Part shown: positions 52,659-63,440 of the stretch, in pieces
How positions within the stretch are numbered: the stretch's first letter is position 1
Layout of the letters: each line of letters starts with the position of its first letter
Source: Vicinamibacterales bacterium
GTDB taxonomy: Bacteria > Acidobacteriota > Vicinamibacteria > Vicinamibacterales > JAMQPK01
Assembly: GCA_963787755.1 (NCBI GenBank)
Contig: CAWBEG010000001.1
Coordinates: forward strand, 28,089-92,088
Direction of reading: 5' to 3'
DNA length: 64,000 nt
Made by a program: the position numbers and the translations under genes
The notes under the pieces: model-generated
The model's input: the letters and a program-made list of their open reading frames with translations, nothing else
Database searches by the model: none
What the model was told of the DNA's origin: nothing

Positions 52659-53513
52659 CAGCGCTTTCGCGCGCGTCAGGCCGGCCTGCTGCATGAGGAT
52701 GGCGGCTTTCACGTTCCACTGCGCCCGCTGCAGGAGCCCGTCCGCAGCGTCGTAGTCCAGACCCGTGACGCTTCCGATGATGCGGCGCGCGCGATCGCGC
52801 AGCTTGTCCGAGTTGGACTTCACGTCCACCATCAGATTCCCGTACGTCTTCCCTGCCCGAACCATCGCCGCGGTCGTCAGCATGTTCAGGACAATCTTCG
52901 TTGCGGTGCCGGCCTTCAGCCGGGTCGAGCCGGCGATGACCTCGGGACCCACGCCGAGGATGATGGCCACATCGGCGAGATCCTTCAGCGCCGATCGCGG
53001 GTCGCAGGTGACGCCGATGATGGGCGCCCGTGCCGTGCGTGCTCTCGCCACCGCACCCCGCACGAACGGCGTAATACCGCTGGCCGAGATCCCGATGACG
53101 ACATCTTTGCGCGTGGGCCGGAGGCCGCGCATGGCGCGCTCGCCCGCTTCGTAATCGTCTTCGACCCCCTCTTTCGCTCGATGAACCGCGGCCGGCCCCC
53201 CGGCCATGATCGCCTGCGCCATTTCCGGGTCTATGCCGAACGTCGGGGGCAGCTCTGCCGCCTCGAGCACGCCAAGCCTGCCACTCGTGCCGGCGCCGGC
53301 AAAGATCAGCCTTCCGCCTTTCAGCACCGCATCGGCCAGAAGCTCTGCACCGCGCGCAATGCGCGTCTTTTCGCGCTGCACGGCCGCGAGCACGTGCCTG
53401 TTGTCGAGAATCATCACCTCTACGATCTCGTCCGGCGTCAGCGTGTCGATGTCGCGGCTGCGCGGATTCACCGCTTCGGTCGCCAGATGCTGCCATTTCG
53501 ATCGCGTGGACAT
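52608..53513 (-). CDS. murQ: N-acetylmuramic acid 6-phosphate etherase
   Basis: TE..NP, GAGTSGRLG, PPTFG, EG.ED, GPEVIAGSTRLKAGTA, GNLMVD. Confidence 0.96.
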   Translation of the reverse strand: MSTRSKWQHLATEAVNPRSRDIDTLTPDEIVEVMILDNRHVLAAVQREKTRIARGAELLADAVLKGGRLIFAGAGTSGRLGVLEAAELPPTFGIDPEMAQAIMAGGPAAVHRAKEGVEDDYEAGERAMRGLRPTRKDVVIGISASGITPFVRGAVARARTARAPIIGVTCDPRSALKDLADVAIILGVGPEVIAGSTRLKAGTATKIVLNMLTTAAMVRAGKTYGNLMVDVKSNSDKLRDRARRIIGSVTGLDYDAADGLLQRAQWNVKAAILMQQAGLTRAKALSRLRVEPRLRKLLGRR

Positions 53514-53560
53514 TCATTTGACCTTAACCTGAAACGCATTTTCTCGGCTAGATTTAAGGA

Positions 53561-54620
53561 ATGTTCTTCAGCGGGCTTGGCACGGCGGCGCCGTCGACGC
53601 GTTGGACGCAGGTGCAATGCTGGGACGCCCTCGTCGCGTCCAACTACCTTTCAGCGCTCAATGCGCGGTCGCAGGCGATCCTCCGGAAGGTGCTTCGCGG
53701 CAATAACGGCATCTGCAGCCGGCACCTCGCGTTCGATCACCTGAGCGAGGCCTTCAACTTCGATCCCGACGTGCTCGACGCGCGATTTGCGAAACACGCG
53801 CCGGCCGTGGCATCGCGCGCCGCTGAGCGCGCGCTGGCCGACGCCGGCCTCGACGCCCGGCGACATCGACGCGGTGATCATCAGCACGTGCACCGGATAC
53901 CTGTGCCCCGGCCTGACGAGTTATGTGACCGAGCGGCTCGGCCTGCCGACCGACGTTCTTGCGCTCGACCTCGTCGGCCAGGGCTGCGGCGCCGCCCTGC
54001 CGAACATGCGCACGGCCGAGGCGCTGCTCGCAGGCGGGCGCGCGAAGCGGGTACTGTCGATCTGCGTCGAGATCTGCAGCGCCGCGATGTACCTGGACGA
54101 CGATCCGGGCGTCCTCATCAGCGCGTGCCTGTTTGGAGACGGCGCGGGTGCGGCCGTTCTCACCGTCGATCCGATGCCGGGACGCCGCCGCATCGAATGG
54201 AAATCGGCGGGCACGCTGATGAACGTCGGCGATCGCGACGAGCTGCGCTTCGAGCGGCGCCGCGGCATGCTGCGCAACATCCTGTCGCCAGCGGTCCCCG
54301 AGCTGGCGGCGAAACACGTCGATCAGGTCCTGACCGAAGGACTGGAGCGCGAAGGGCTGTCGCGCGACAGGATCACGGGATGGATCCTTCATGCCGGCGG
54401 CCGGGAAATTCTGGCTGCCATTGGCCAGCGTGTGGGCCTGACGCAAGGCGACACGCGATGGAGCGCGGCGATTCTGCGCGACTACGGCAACGTCAGCAGC
54501 CCATGCGTCTACTTCGTGCTGCAGGCCGCGCTCAACGAACAAGCGCCCGGCGGGTACTGGTGGATGTCGTCGTTCGGCGCAGGGTTCAGCTGCCACGGGG
54601 CCCTGCTCCAGGTCGAGTGA
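53561..54620 (+). CDS. Type III polyketide synthase (frameshift near 53860)
   Basis: TCTG, GQGCG (catalytic Cys), LFGDGA, HAGG, GNVSS, FGAG. Confidence 0.93.
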
Positions 54621-54622
54621 TC

Positions 54623-54691
54623 GCCGGCCTCAAGGCCGGCACTACGTGACGTAGCAACGAGCACACCATTAGTGCCGACCTTCAGGTCGGC
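54623..54691. repeat. Pair of GTAG-type REP elements
   Basis: gccggcctcaaggccggcactac and tagtgccgaccttcaggtcggc in opposite orientation. Confidence 0.7.
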
Positions 54692-54697
54692 CCAAAA

Positions 54698-55390
54698 ATG
54701 CGAAGACACATTCAACCTGAAATTCTGGACGAGCTAGCCGTCGACGACCCGCGTGCCATTCAGTCGCGGCGCGATCTGCGAAAAATCAACTCGTTCATGG
54801 GACACACGGGCATGATGACGCGCGCCCTGCGCGCGGCATCGACACCCCCGCGCATTCTTGTCGAGCTCGGTTCGGGCGATGGCACGTTCCTGCTGAGAGT
54901 CGTCCAGAGGCTCGGACGTCAGACCGGCATGCGCGCGATGCTCGTCGATCGCCGTCCGTCTGTGAGCGTGGCAACCCGGGATGGGTTCAAGGCCGCGGGC
55001 TGGACGATCGACATCTGCGAGTCTGATGTGTTCGAGTGGCTGTGCCGCCCGCGCGCCGAGACCGCAGATGTGACCATCGCGAACCTGTTCCTGCATCACT
55101 TCCGCGAGGGTGAGCTGGCCCACCTGCTGAATCTCGCCGCCGAGCAGACGACACGGTTCATCGCCTTCGAGCCGCGGCGATCGCGCACCGCCCTCGCCGG
55201 CACATCGCTGCTGCCCCTGATTGGCTGCAATGACGTCACCCTGCACGACGCGCGCGTGAGCGTACGCGCGGGGTTCCGCGATCGCGAGGTATCGGCGTTG
55301 TGGCCGCCCGATGCAGGCTGGCGGCTGAGCGAAAGGCAACGGGGTCTGTTCACGCACGCGTTCGTCGCCGCGCGGGGCGAAGTCCCTTAG
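54698..55390 (+). CDS. SAM-dependent methyltransferase (type III PKS-associated)
   Basis: PEILD, DLRKIN, ELGSGDG, NLFLHHF, HDA..SV.AGF. Confidence 0.88.
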   Translation: MRRHIQPEILDELAVDDPRAIQSRRDLRKINSFMGHTGMMTRALRAASTPPRILVELGSGDGTFLLRVVQRLGRQTGMRAMLVDRRPSVSVATRDGFKAAGWTIDICESDVFEWLCRPRAETADVTIANLFLHHFREGELAHLLNLAAEQTTRFIAFEPRRSRTALAGTSLLPLIGCNDVTLHDARVSVRAGFRDREVSALWPPDAGWRLSERQRGLFTHAFVAARGEVP

Positions 55391-56722
55391 AGCCGCCGCT
55401 CCACCTTCACGCGAATCCCGGATTTCGGCGTGAGCGTCAACGCGGGGTGCATTTCGGGATGCAACGATTCGTCGAGCAGCCGAAAGCGCCAGCGCTGCGC
55501 GATGACCGCCAGCAGAAGGACACCTTCCATCCACGCAAACGCCTCCCCCATGCATCCTCGCGATCCGCCTCCGAACGGAAAATACGAGAATCGGGGACGA
55601 CCGTTGTGGCCCACCGTGCCCCATCGGTCGGGATCGAATTGCTCCGGCTCCGGAAAGTAGCTCGCGTTCCGATGAACCACCCAGGGACTCATCACGACGA
55701 ACGATCCCGCATGAACGACGTAACCCCGGGCTTCGTGATTTTCGACGGCAACACGGGCGAGCAGCCAGGCCGGAGGATACAGCCGCATCGCTTCGGCCAG
55801 CACCATCCGCGTAAACGTCAGGGCGGCGACATCTCCGGCCAGCGGAAGGCGGCCTCTCCCAAGGACCGCGTCAATCTCGGCGTGCATGCGAGCTTCATCG
55901 CGGGCGTGACGGGCCAGCAGATACCACGTCCATGCGAGCGCGTGTGCGGTGGTTTCGTGGCTCGCCAGCAGCAGCGTTATCACCTCATCGCGAACCTGGC
56001 TGTCCGACATTCTCTCGCCAGTCCCCTCGTACTGCGCCGACAGCAGCAGCGACAGGACATCTCCGTCCTCGCCGCCACCGCGCCGCCTCCGTTCGATCAG
56101 GCGGTCTATCACACGATGCAGCGTCGCTCGCGCGGCGCGGAATCGTCGCACCTGTGGCAGCGGAAACAGATCGGTGAGCGCCGCGAACGGCAGGACGGCA
56201 ACCTCTAGAAGACTCGTCGTCGCCTCCAGCGCATCGCCGATTTCTGCCGCGACGGCGTCCCCTTCGGCGCCGAACAGGATCCGCCCCGTGATCATCAGCG
56301 TGAGGCGGCTCATTTCACGCGGCGATATCGATGGTGTCTCCATCGCGCCACCGATCGCGCTGTTCGACGCCGAGCGTCGTCATTACCTGGGCATATTCGT
56401 CCAGACGCACGCGATGAAAGACTGGTTGAACAAGCCGGCGCTGGCGCGCGTGCAGCGCGCCGTCGCTCGTCAGCAACCCGTTGCCGAAGAGCCGCCGCGC
56501 GCCGCTCAGCGATCGCCCTTTGATGAACCGATGATGGTGTGTCACCAGCACCTGCTCGATGTCGTCGGGATGATTCAGCAGAAACACGTGGAATGGGCCG
56601 AGCTTTACGTGCGCGATCTCGCCATACTCGGCGCTCACTCGCAGCAGAAACGCCAACGGATCGCGCCGTATCTCTGGGAGGCTGCCAAGCAAGAGCCTTC
56701 CACGCGGCCCAGGTGGAAACAC
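55387..56722 (-). CDS. Cytochrome P450 (frameshift near 56315)
   Basis: PPGP, ASHETT, EAMRLYPP, FDPDRW, FPFGGGSRGCMG. Confidence 0.95.
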
Positions 56723-56773
56723 ATGAAAATCTTACTCCGCCGCCGGCAGGCTCGAAGGACGATACTAGTTGCG

Positions 56774-57661
56774 ATGATGGCGATCGTGCTGAATTCCGCG
56801 AGTGGTGTCGCGCGCCGCCCGCGTCTTCGCGAAGAAGTCGAAGAATTGTTTCGAGACGCTGGCATCGACGCGCGCATCCGCGAGCTCGCCGATCCCAGCC
56901 GCGTTGCGTCCGCAGCGCGAGTGGCGCTCGACGCGCACCCCGAAGCCGTTGTCGCAGGTGGCGGAGATGGAACGGTCAGCGCGGTCGCCGCTGCACTCGC
57001 CGGTACGTCGACCCCGCTTGGGGTGCTCCCGCTCGGCACGCTCAATCACTTTGCGAAGGATGCCGGCATCCCGCTCGATCTCCGAAAAGCGGTGCAGACC
57101 GTCGCCGCGCGCCATTCGAAGCGTGTCGACGTCGCGCGCGTGAACGATCGCATCTTCATCAACAATTCGTCGATTGGCGTCTATCCGAGCTTCGTCGCGT
57201 CCCGGGAGCGGCTGCGCCAGCAGGGACATTCGAAGTGGGCCGCGTTCGCGCTGGCAACCGCCGAAGTGCTGCGGCGCGACGGCGAAGTGACGATCCGGCT
57301 GGAGGGCGATCTCGCGAGGATTGGGATGCGCACGCCGTTCGTCTTTGTCGGCAATAACGAATACTTTGCCGAGGGCCTCAAGCTGGGCGGCCGTACGCGG
57401 CTCGACGCGGGCCGGCTGTATGCGTATTTCGCGCCACCGGTGCGGACGCGCCACCTTCCGAAGCTCCTTGCCCGGGCGCTGTTCGGCCACGCGCGCCGCG
57501 ATCACGCGCTCGAATCCCTGGCTGGAACCGAGCTGTGGGTCGACACTCCTCTGACGGCGACGATCAACGTCGCGTGCGACGGCGAGCTGCTGACGCTTGC
57601 CACGCCGCTTCACTATCGATCGTGGCCCCGCGCGCTCGCAGTCCTCACGCCTGCCGGCTGA
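56774..57661 (+). CDS. Diacylglycerol kinase family lipid kinase
   Basis: GGGDGT, PLGTLNHFAKD, NNSSIG, DGE. Confidence 0.9.
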   Translation: MMAIVLNSASGVARRPRLREEVEELFRDAGIDARIRELADPSRVASAARVALDAHPEAVVAGGGDGTVSAVAAALAGTSTPLGVLPLGTLNHFAKDAGIPLDLRKAVQTVAARHSKRVDVARVNDRIFINNSSIGVYPSFVASRERLRQQGHSKWAAFALATAEVLRRDGEVTIRLEGDLARIGMRTPFVFVGNNEYFAEGLKLGGRTRLDAGRLYAYFAPPVRTRHLPKLLARALFGHARRDHALESLAGTELWVDTPLTATINVACDGELLTLATPLHYRSWPRALAVLTPAG

Positions 57662-57665
57662 CGCC

Positions 57666-58472
57666 ATGCGGATCATCGTTCATCTTTCCGATTTGCATTT
57701 CGGGCGCCTCGACGAGCGCATCATCGCGCCGCTGGTGGAACGCATCACGGGAATCCATCCCGATCTGATCGCGGTGTCAGGCGATTTGACGCAGCGCGCG
57801 CGGCGGCGCCAGTTCCAGCAGGCATCCGCGTTTCTCGGCCGCCTGCCGTTCGCGAAAATCGTCGTCCCAGGGAATCACGACGTTCCGCTGTTCAACGTCG
57901 CGGCTCGGCTGTTCGATCCCTTCGGCGGATATCGCCGCTGGATCAGCCCCGACCTCGAGCCTGCATACATCGACGACGAAGTCGCGATGATTGGATTGAA
58001 CAGCGCGCGCGCGCTGATTACCGGCGGACGCGGGAGGCTGAACATGGAGCAGATTGAGGCGGCGGCGGCACGGCTGGTGCCGCTTCCGCTGGCGCCAGTC
58101 AAGGTGATCGTCACGCATCATCCGTTCGATCTTCCCCGAGGGTTCCCTGCGGAGCATCTGGTCGGACGCGCCTCGATCGCGATGCAGCGCTTCGCCGAGG
58201 CGGGCGCAGATGTTTTTCTCGCTGGACACCTGCATGTCAGCCATGTCGGCCACACGGCCCATCGCTACCGCATCGCGGGACACTCGGCGCTCGTCGTGCA
58301 GGCCGGCACCCTGTCCATGCGGGGCCGCGGCGAGCTGAATTCGTTCAACGTCCTGCGCATCGGCCGGCCAGAAATGACCATCGAGCGATACAGCTGGGAA
58401 ACCGGCAGTCAGGTCTTCGACCAGGCTTTCGCGGGAACATTCAGGCACACGCCCGAAGGTTGGACGGCATGA
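57666..58472 (+). CDS. Calcineurin-like metallophosphoesterase
   Basis: SDLHFG, GDLTQ, PGNHD, HHP, GHLH. Confidence 0.92.
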   Translation: MRIIVHLSDLHFGRLDERIIAPLVERITGIHPDLIAVSGDLTQRARRRQFQQASAFLGRLPFAKIVVPGNHDVPLFNVAARLFDPFGGYRRWISPDLEPAYIDDEVAMIGLNSARALITGGRGRLNMEQIEAAAARLVPLPLAPVKVIVTHHPFDLPRGFPAEHLVGRASIAMQRFAEAGADVFLAGHLHVSHVGHTAHRYRIAGHSALVVQAGTLSMRGRGELNSFNVLRIGRPEMTIERYSWETGSQVFDQAFAGTFRHTPEGWTA

Positions 58473-58563
58473 CTGTTGCTGAGATCTAGAAACTGAAATC
58501 TAGAATCTGGATCTGTCCAGATTTTAGCTTATAGATTTTAAATTCCAGATTCGGGAGGCGACC

Positions 58564-59394
58564 ATGCGCTGGACACCGGGTAACAGGGGTAACGTGCAGG
58601 ACGCTCGCGGCGGGGGCGGCGGTTTCGGCATCCCGCTTGGCATCGGCGGCGTCGTGGTACTTCTCATAGGTTCCTGGCTGACGGGCGTCAACTTGTTCGA
58701 CGTCGTCGGTGGCGGAGGCTCGGCCGATGTCGTGGCGGACCGCCCCGTGACGGCATCACCCGAAGAAGAGCGGCTCGTCGATTTCGTCGATGCGGTGATG
58801 GGCGACATCCAGCACACGTGGTCGTCGAAGATCAGCACGTATCAACCGACGACTGCCGTCCTCTTTCGAGATTCGATTCAATCGGCGTGTGGGCTTTCGA
58901 GCTCGGCGACCGGACCTTTTTACTGTCCGAGCGATCGCAAGGTGTATCTCGATTTGAGCTTCTTCGACGATCTGCACCAGAAGCTCGGTGCGCCTGGCGA
59001 TTTCGCGCAGGCGTACGTGCTCGCGCACGAGGTCGGCCATCACGTGCAGAATCTCACCGGCACGCTCGAGAGCACGCCGTTCACCGGTAATGCCAACGAG
59101 CGGTCCGTGCGAGTCGAACTGCAGGCCGATTGTTACGCAGGCGTGTGGGGACATGAAGCGTCGAAACCGGGGCGGTTCGCCGCAGGCCGGGTGGAGCTCG
59201 ATCCGGGGGACGTCGAAGAAGGCCTGAACGCCGCTGCCGCGATTGGCGACGACCGCCTGCAGAAGAAAACCCAGGGCCGTATCGCACCGGAATCATTCAC
59301 ACATGGCAGCTCTGCACAGAGAGTGTCGTGGTTCAAACGCGGAATGGAGTCCGGCGATCCCCGCGCCTGCGATACCTTCGCCGACGGCCGGTAG
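58564..59394 (+). CDS. Neutral zinc metallopeptidase (YpfJ-like)
   Basis: GPFYCP.D, AHEVGHHVQ, ELQADC.AG, FTHGSS.QR. Confidence 0.93.
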   Translation: MRWTPGNRGNVQDARGGGGGFGIPLGIGGVVVLLIGSWLTGVNLFDVVGGGGSADVVADRPVTASPEEERLVDFVDAVMGDIQHTWSSKISTYQPTTAVLFRDSIQSACGLSSSATGPFYCPSDRKVYLDLSFFDDLHQKLGAPGDFAQAYVLAHEVGHHVQNLTGTLESTPFTGNANERSVRVELQADCYAGVWGHEASKPGRFAAGRVELDPGDVEEGLNAAAAIGDDRLQKKTQGRIAPESFTHGSSAQRVSWFKRGMESGDPRACDTFADGR

Positions 59395-59452
59395 ATCGTG
59401 AAATGAGATCTGTGAACAGGAGTCCTGAACTCCTGATCTCCTGTGAGACTTT

Positions 59453-61252
59453 CTAGAACAGCCAGCTCTCGATGGCGATCACGACGGTAATCAGCGCGAA
59501 CATCTCCAGGATGATCGGCGTCATCTGCCTGATCCACTGGACCGGCGTGAAGGCGGCATCGACGTCGCGCTGGATGAACGAGTACGCGACGACCGACTGC
59601 GCCGACCCGATGTGCGTCCAGCAGCCGCCCAGCGCGTAGCCCGCAATCTGCGCCATCGCGAAGAGGTGCAGCATCTGCAGGTCGAAGCTTTCCAGCGCGC
59701 GCGACGCAAAGTCGGCGACGATGTTGTTGTCGAGAATCGCCGAGAGGAACGTCGCGCCCGCAAACTGCGCCCACGCCACCGGCCCATGGCCGAGCGTTGC
59801 AATACCACCGCGAATGAGCCCCGCCATCTGATCGAAGAAGCCCGCCTGTGTCAGCAGCGTAATCGACAGGAACAGCGGAAACAGGAAGTAGTACTCCGCG
59901 TACTCGTGACGCGCCTCATGCAGCGCGAGCGCGCGCATCTTCGGAATGCCGGCGATGCCGGCGATCGCGACCGCGAAGCCGGCGAACGACGCGAGAAACA
60001 GCGGCACGTCATGGTTCACGCCGTGCAGCATCAGCAGCCCGATGAACGGAACGAGCGCGAGCGCGCCGATCGTCTGCGCGCGCCGCCGCGCCTGGGCCGA
60101 AGCCGCAAGCGTGTCGTCGACCCACTGCTCCGCCGTCATCGCGCCCTCGTCGTCTCCCATCGAATCGAGTACGTAGTGGCGATCGAGCGAGGCGGCGAGC
60201 TCTTCCGTCACGTAATGGCCGAGCAGCAGCTCGCGGATCTCCCACGGCAGATCCGCCTCGACGAGCGCTCTCCCGAGTGACGTCCCTGACTGCAGCTTCC
60301 GGATGATGTCCGGAGCCTTCCCCTGGAGATGCGCCGCGTGCGCCTCGACGAGCTCGACAGGCGTCAGCACTTCGCCGTGCCGCGTCGCCTGAAGGAACCT
60401 GACGTCTTCGGCGTTGGCGTCGAGCACATCCATCGTGTCGAGGTTGATGCGGCTGCCGGCGAGCTGCCCGCGCAGGTGCCGCGCGACGACGAGATACGTG
60501 ACGATCGCGATCGGTCCGCAGTAGCGGAGAAAAAACATGCCGCCGAGATGCGGATCCAGATTCGCCTTCATGATCAGGTTGGGCGGCTCGCCGTACGCCA
60601 GCCACACGCCGCAGATCGTCGTCACGGTGGTGCAGATCATCACCGCCTGCAGAATCGCCGCCTTCGGCGCCGCAGCCAGCATCAGGATGATGACGAGCGT
60701 GCGGATCGTCAGCCCGATCATCGACACACCGTCGAGAATGCCGGACGCGAACGCGACGACGGCCGTCACCGCAATCACCGTCGGCAGAATCGCGCCCCCG
60801 TTGCGCCGAAGCAGGAAGAATGTCACCCCCTCGAGCACGCGCGTCTGCGCGATGACGGCGACGAAGAACGTCAGACCGAGGATGAAGAGCATCGTGTCGG
60901 CGTGAATCAGGTTGTCGAGCCCGTGGAACGACAGCACATGCTCGCGCGACCACGCCCACCATCCCGCGCCGGCCACCTGACGGTGCCACTCGGACGTCTC
61001 GAGCCCGAGGAAGGTGGCGACGATGACGAGCGCCATGCCGTAGGTGAGCGCGTTCTTGTGAATCTGGTATTTGAAGGAGCCGAACACGAAGAGGCCGAGG
61101 ATCGTGGCGAACAGCTCCGCGGCGAGCAGGGATACCGGCAGCGCCGCCACGCGACCGAGAGCCAGCAGCAGGCATGCGACAATAGCGCAAGCAATCACAA
61201 ACTTGCGTCCCGACATCATCACGATTGGGGAATCGTCTGCGCTCATCCGCAC
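59453..61252 (-). CDS. IT-superfamily (NhaB/NhaD/CitMHS-like) permease with a central soluble insert
   Basis: Many TM helices; SGILDG, YGEPPN, SAILDN, THIGS. Confidence 0.75.
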   Translation of the reverse strand: MRMSADDSPIVMMSGRKFVIACAIVACLLLALGRVAALPVSLLAAELFATILGLFVFGSFKYQIHKNALTYGMALVIVATFLGLETSEWHRQVAGAGWWAWSREHVLSFHGLDNLIHADTMLFILGLTFFVAVIAQTRVLEGVTFFLLRRNGGAILPTVIAVTAVVAFASGILDGVSMIGLTIRTLVIILMLAAAPKAAILQAVMICTTVTTICGVWLAYGEPPNLIMKANLDPHLGGMFFLRYCGPIAIVTYLVVARHLRGQLAGSRINLDTMDVLDANAEDVRFLQATRHGEVLTPVELVEAHAAHLQGKAPDIIRKLQSGTSLGRALVEADLPWEIRELLLGHYVTEELAASLDRHYVLDSMGDDEGAMTAEQWVDDTLAASAQARRRAQTIGALALVPFIGLLMLHGVNHDVPLFLASFAGFAVAIAGIAGIPKMRALALHEARHEYAEYYFLFPLFLSITLLTQAGFFDQMAGLIRGGIATLGHGPVAWAQFAGATFLSAILDNNIVADFASRALESFDLQMLHLFAMAQIAGYALGGCWTHIGSAQSVVAYSFIQRDVDAAFTPVQWIRQMTPIILEMFALITVVIAIESWLF

Positions 61253-61274
61253 GCAATCATAGAATCAGCCTTCG

Positions 61275-62424
61275 ATGACGCCGCCGCCGCCGACAAAATT
61301 GCGCCAAGCGACAAAAACGTTCGTAAATAACTCCGGGCTGCTCGTGCTCGGCACGCTCATCGCGCTCGTGTGGGCGAACATCGAGCGCGAGAGTTATGTC
61401 CGCTTCGCCCACAGCATCCACTTCATCGTCAACGACATCGGCATGGCGTTCTTCTTCGCGCTCGCCACGAAGGAAGTCGTCGAAGCCACCGCCCCCGGAG
61501 GCGCGCTGCACTCGCCACGCCGTGCGGCCATGCCGCTGGCGGCTGCCGTCGGCGGAATGCTCGGTCCCGCTCTGATTTTCGTGACGCTGACAATCGTGCT
61601 CGACCGGCCGAATCTGGAGCGCGGCTGGGCGATTCCCACCGCTACCGATATCGCGTTCAGTTACCTCGCGGCCCGCATCATCTTCGGGGCGAAGCATCCG
61701 GCTATTCCCTTTCTCCTGCTGCTGGCCATCGCCGACGATGCGCTTGGGTTGTTGATCATCGCGGCGTTTTATCCCACCGGACCGTTACGACTGATCGATT
61801 TCACACTGCTGCTGGGCGCGGGCATGGCTGTCGCCTGGTGGCTGCGGAAGCGGCGCGTCGTCAACTTCTGGCCCTACATTCTTGCCGGCGGCGTGTTGTC
61901 GTGGCTCGGCTTCTATCGCGGAGGAGTGCATCCGGCGCTCGCGCTGGTGCCGATCATCCCGTTTCTTCCGCACGCCGAGCGCGACCCGGGGTTGTTCGTG
62001 GAGGCGCCCGACGCGCACGACACGCTCGACGAGTTCGAGCATCGGTTCAAGCGGCCGGTCGACGTGATGCTGTTTTTCTTCGGTCTCGTCAATGCAGGCG
62101 TCGTGCTCGGCAATGTCGGCGCGGGCACGTGGTTCGTGCTGCGTCTCGATCATCATCGGCAAACCGGCCGGTATCCTCGCTGCGACTGCGGTGGCTGCGT
62201 TTGCCGGCCTCCGCCTGCCTGCGCACGTCACGTGGCGGGATATGACGGTCGTCGGCATCGTCGCCGGCATCGGTTTTACCGTCGCGCTGTTCTTCGCGAC
62301 TGCCGCCTTCCCGTACGGCCGGCTGCTGGACGAAACGAAACTGGGCGCGCTGCTGAGCTTCGGCGCGTTCTTTATCGCGCTCGGTGCCGCGCGAGTGTTG
62401 AACGTCGAACGACGCTCCGGTTAG
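61275..62424 (+). CDS. nhaA: Na+/H+ antiporter NhaA (frameshift near 62140)
   Basis: VND.GM..FF, GWAIPTATDIAF, LAIADD, GVH, GKP.GI, GIGFT. Confidence 0.92.
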
Positions 62425-62443
62425 GTGTTACATTCGGAGCGGG

Positions 62444-63330
62444 ATGCGCAGACTCGTCTTCGGCGTGGGACTGTTCGTGGCAGCCGGTTCACTGGCGTGC
62501 AAGAACGGCGGCGTTGAGAGTCCGACCGGACCTGGACCGATTCCTCAACCGAACACCACGATCTACTACACCGCAATCGGCGCGAGCGACGCGATCGGCG
62601 TTCGGCGCATCGGTCGTCGTGCTTGCCGTATTCCGACTGCCCGAACGGACGTGGGTACGTGCAGGTGGCGGCGCGCGAGCTGAACGCGCGAGGTTTTACG
62701 GTCAATCTCAACAACCTCGGATTTCCCGCCCATGTCCTGAGCCGCAGGCTGCAGGATCTCGGAACGCAGTATGGCCGCGCGATGACGGGCAACTTCCTCG
62801 ATCAACAGGCACCGTTCGTGATGTCCAACACCACGTTCGTCACGATGTTCGCCGGCGCGAACGACGTCGACACCATAATGGCGGCTCTTGGCGGTGGCGC
62901 GGGCGGCTCGGATCAGACGGCTCAAACGGCCTACATCAATAGTCAGATCGATGCGTTCGGTCAGGAATTTGTCACGCTCATAGGAATGGTTCGCGATCGC
63001 GCGCCTGATGCGCGTATCGTCGTGCTCAACCTCCCGAACATGGCAGGGATGCCGAGGCGCGCTGGAGCACCCGTTCAACGTCGCCGTGCCGAACAGATGC
63101 TGTCGGTCGGCATCACCACGAGAGTCATCAACCCTCGAGCATCACGCGACGTGCTCGTGATCGATCTGATGTGCGATCCGCGGTCGTCGCAGGCAGCGAC
63201 GTATTCGTCTGATGGTTTTCACCCGAGTGACCTGGGCTACGCGTGGATCGCCGCCGAGGTGATCGCAGCAGCGACGACGTCGTATCGCGCTCCGGCAACA
63301 AGCTGCCCGCAGATGACGTTGGTGCAATAG
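62444..63330 (+). CDS. SGNH/GDSL lipoprotein (frameshift near 62600)
   Basis: Lipobox LAC, AIGASD, GAND, DGFHP. Confidence 0.8.
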
Positions 63331-63440
63331 GTCCGCACCTCTCGCTGTCATCGTTTTTTCACCTGTCCAAAGGTGGGAAAATCTGTCCCAGACGCGGGAT
63401 CGGGAAACCTTGGGAGGGGTTTTGTCGTAGTCTTCTCTAT

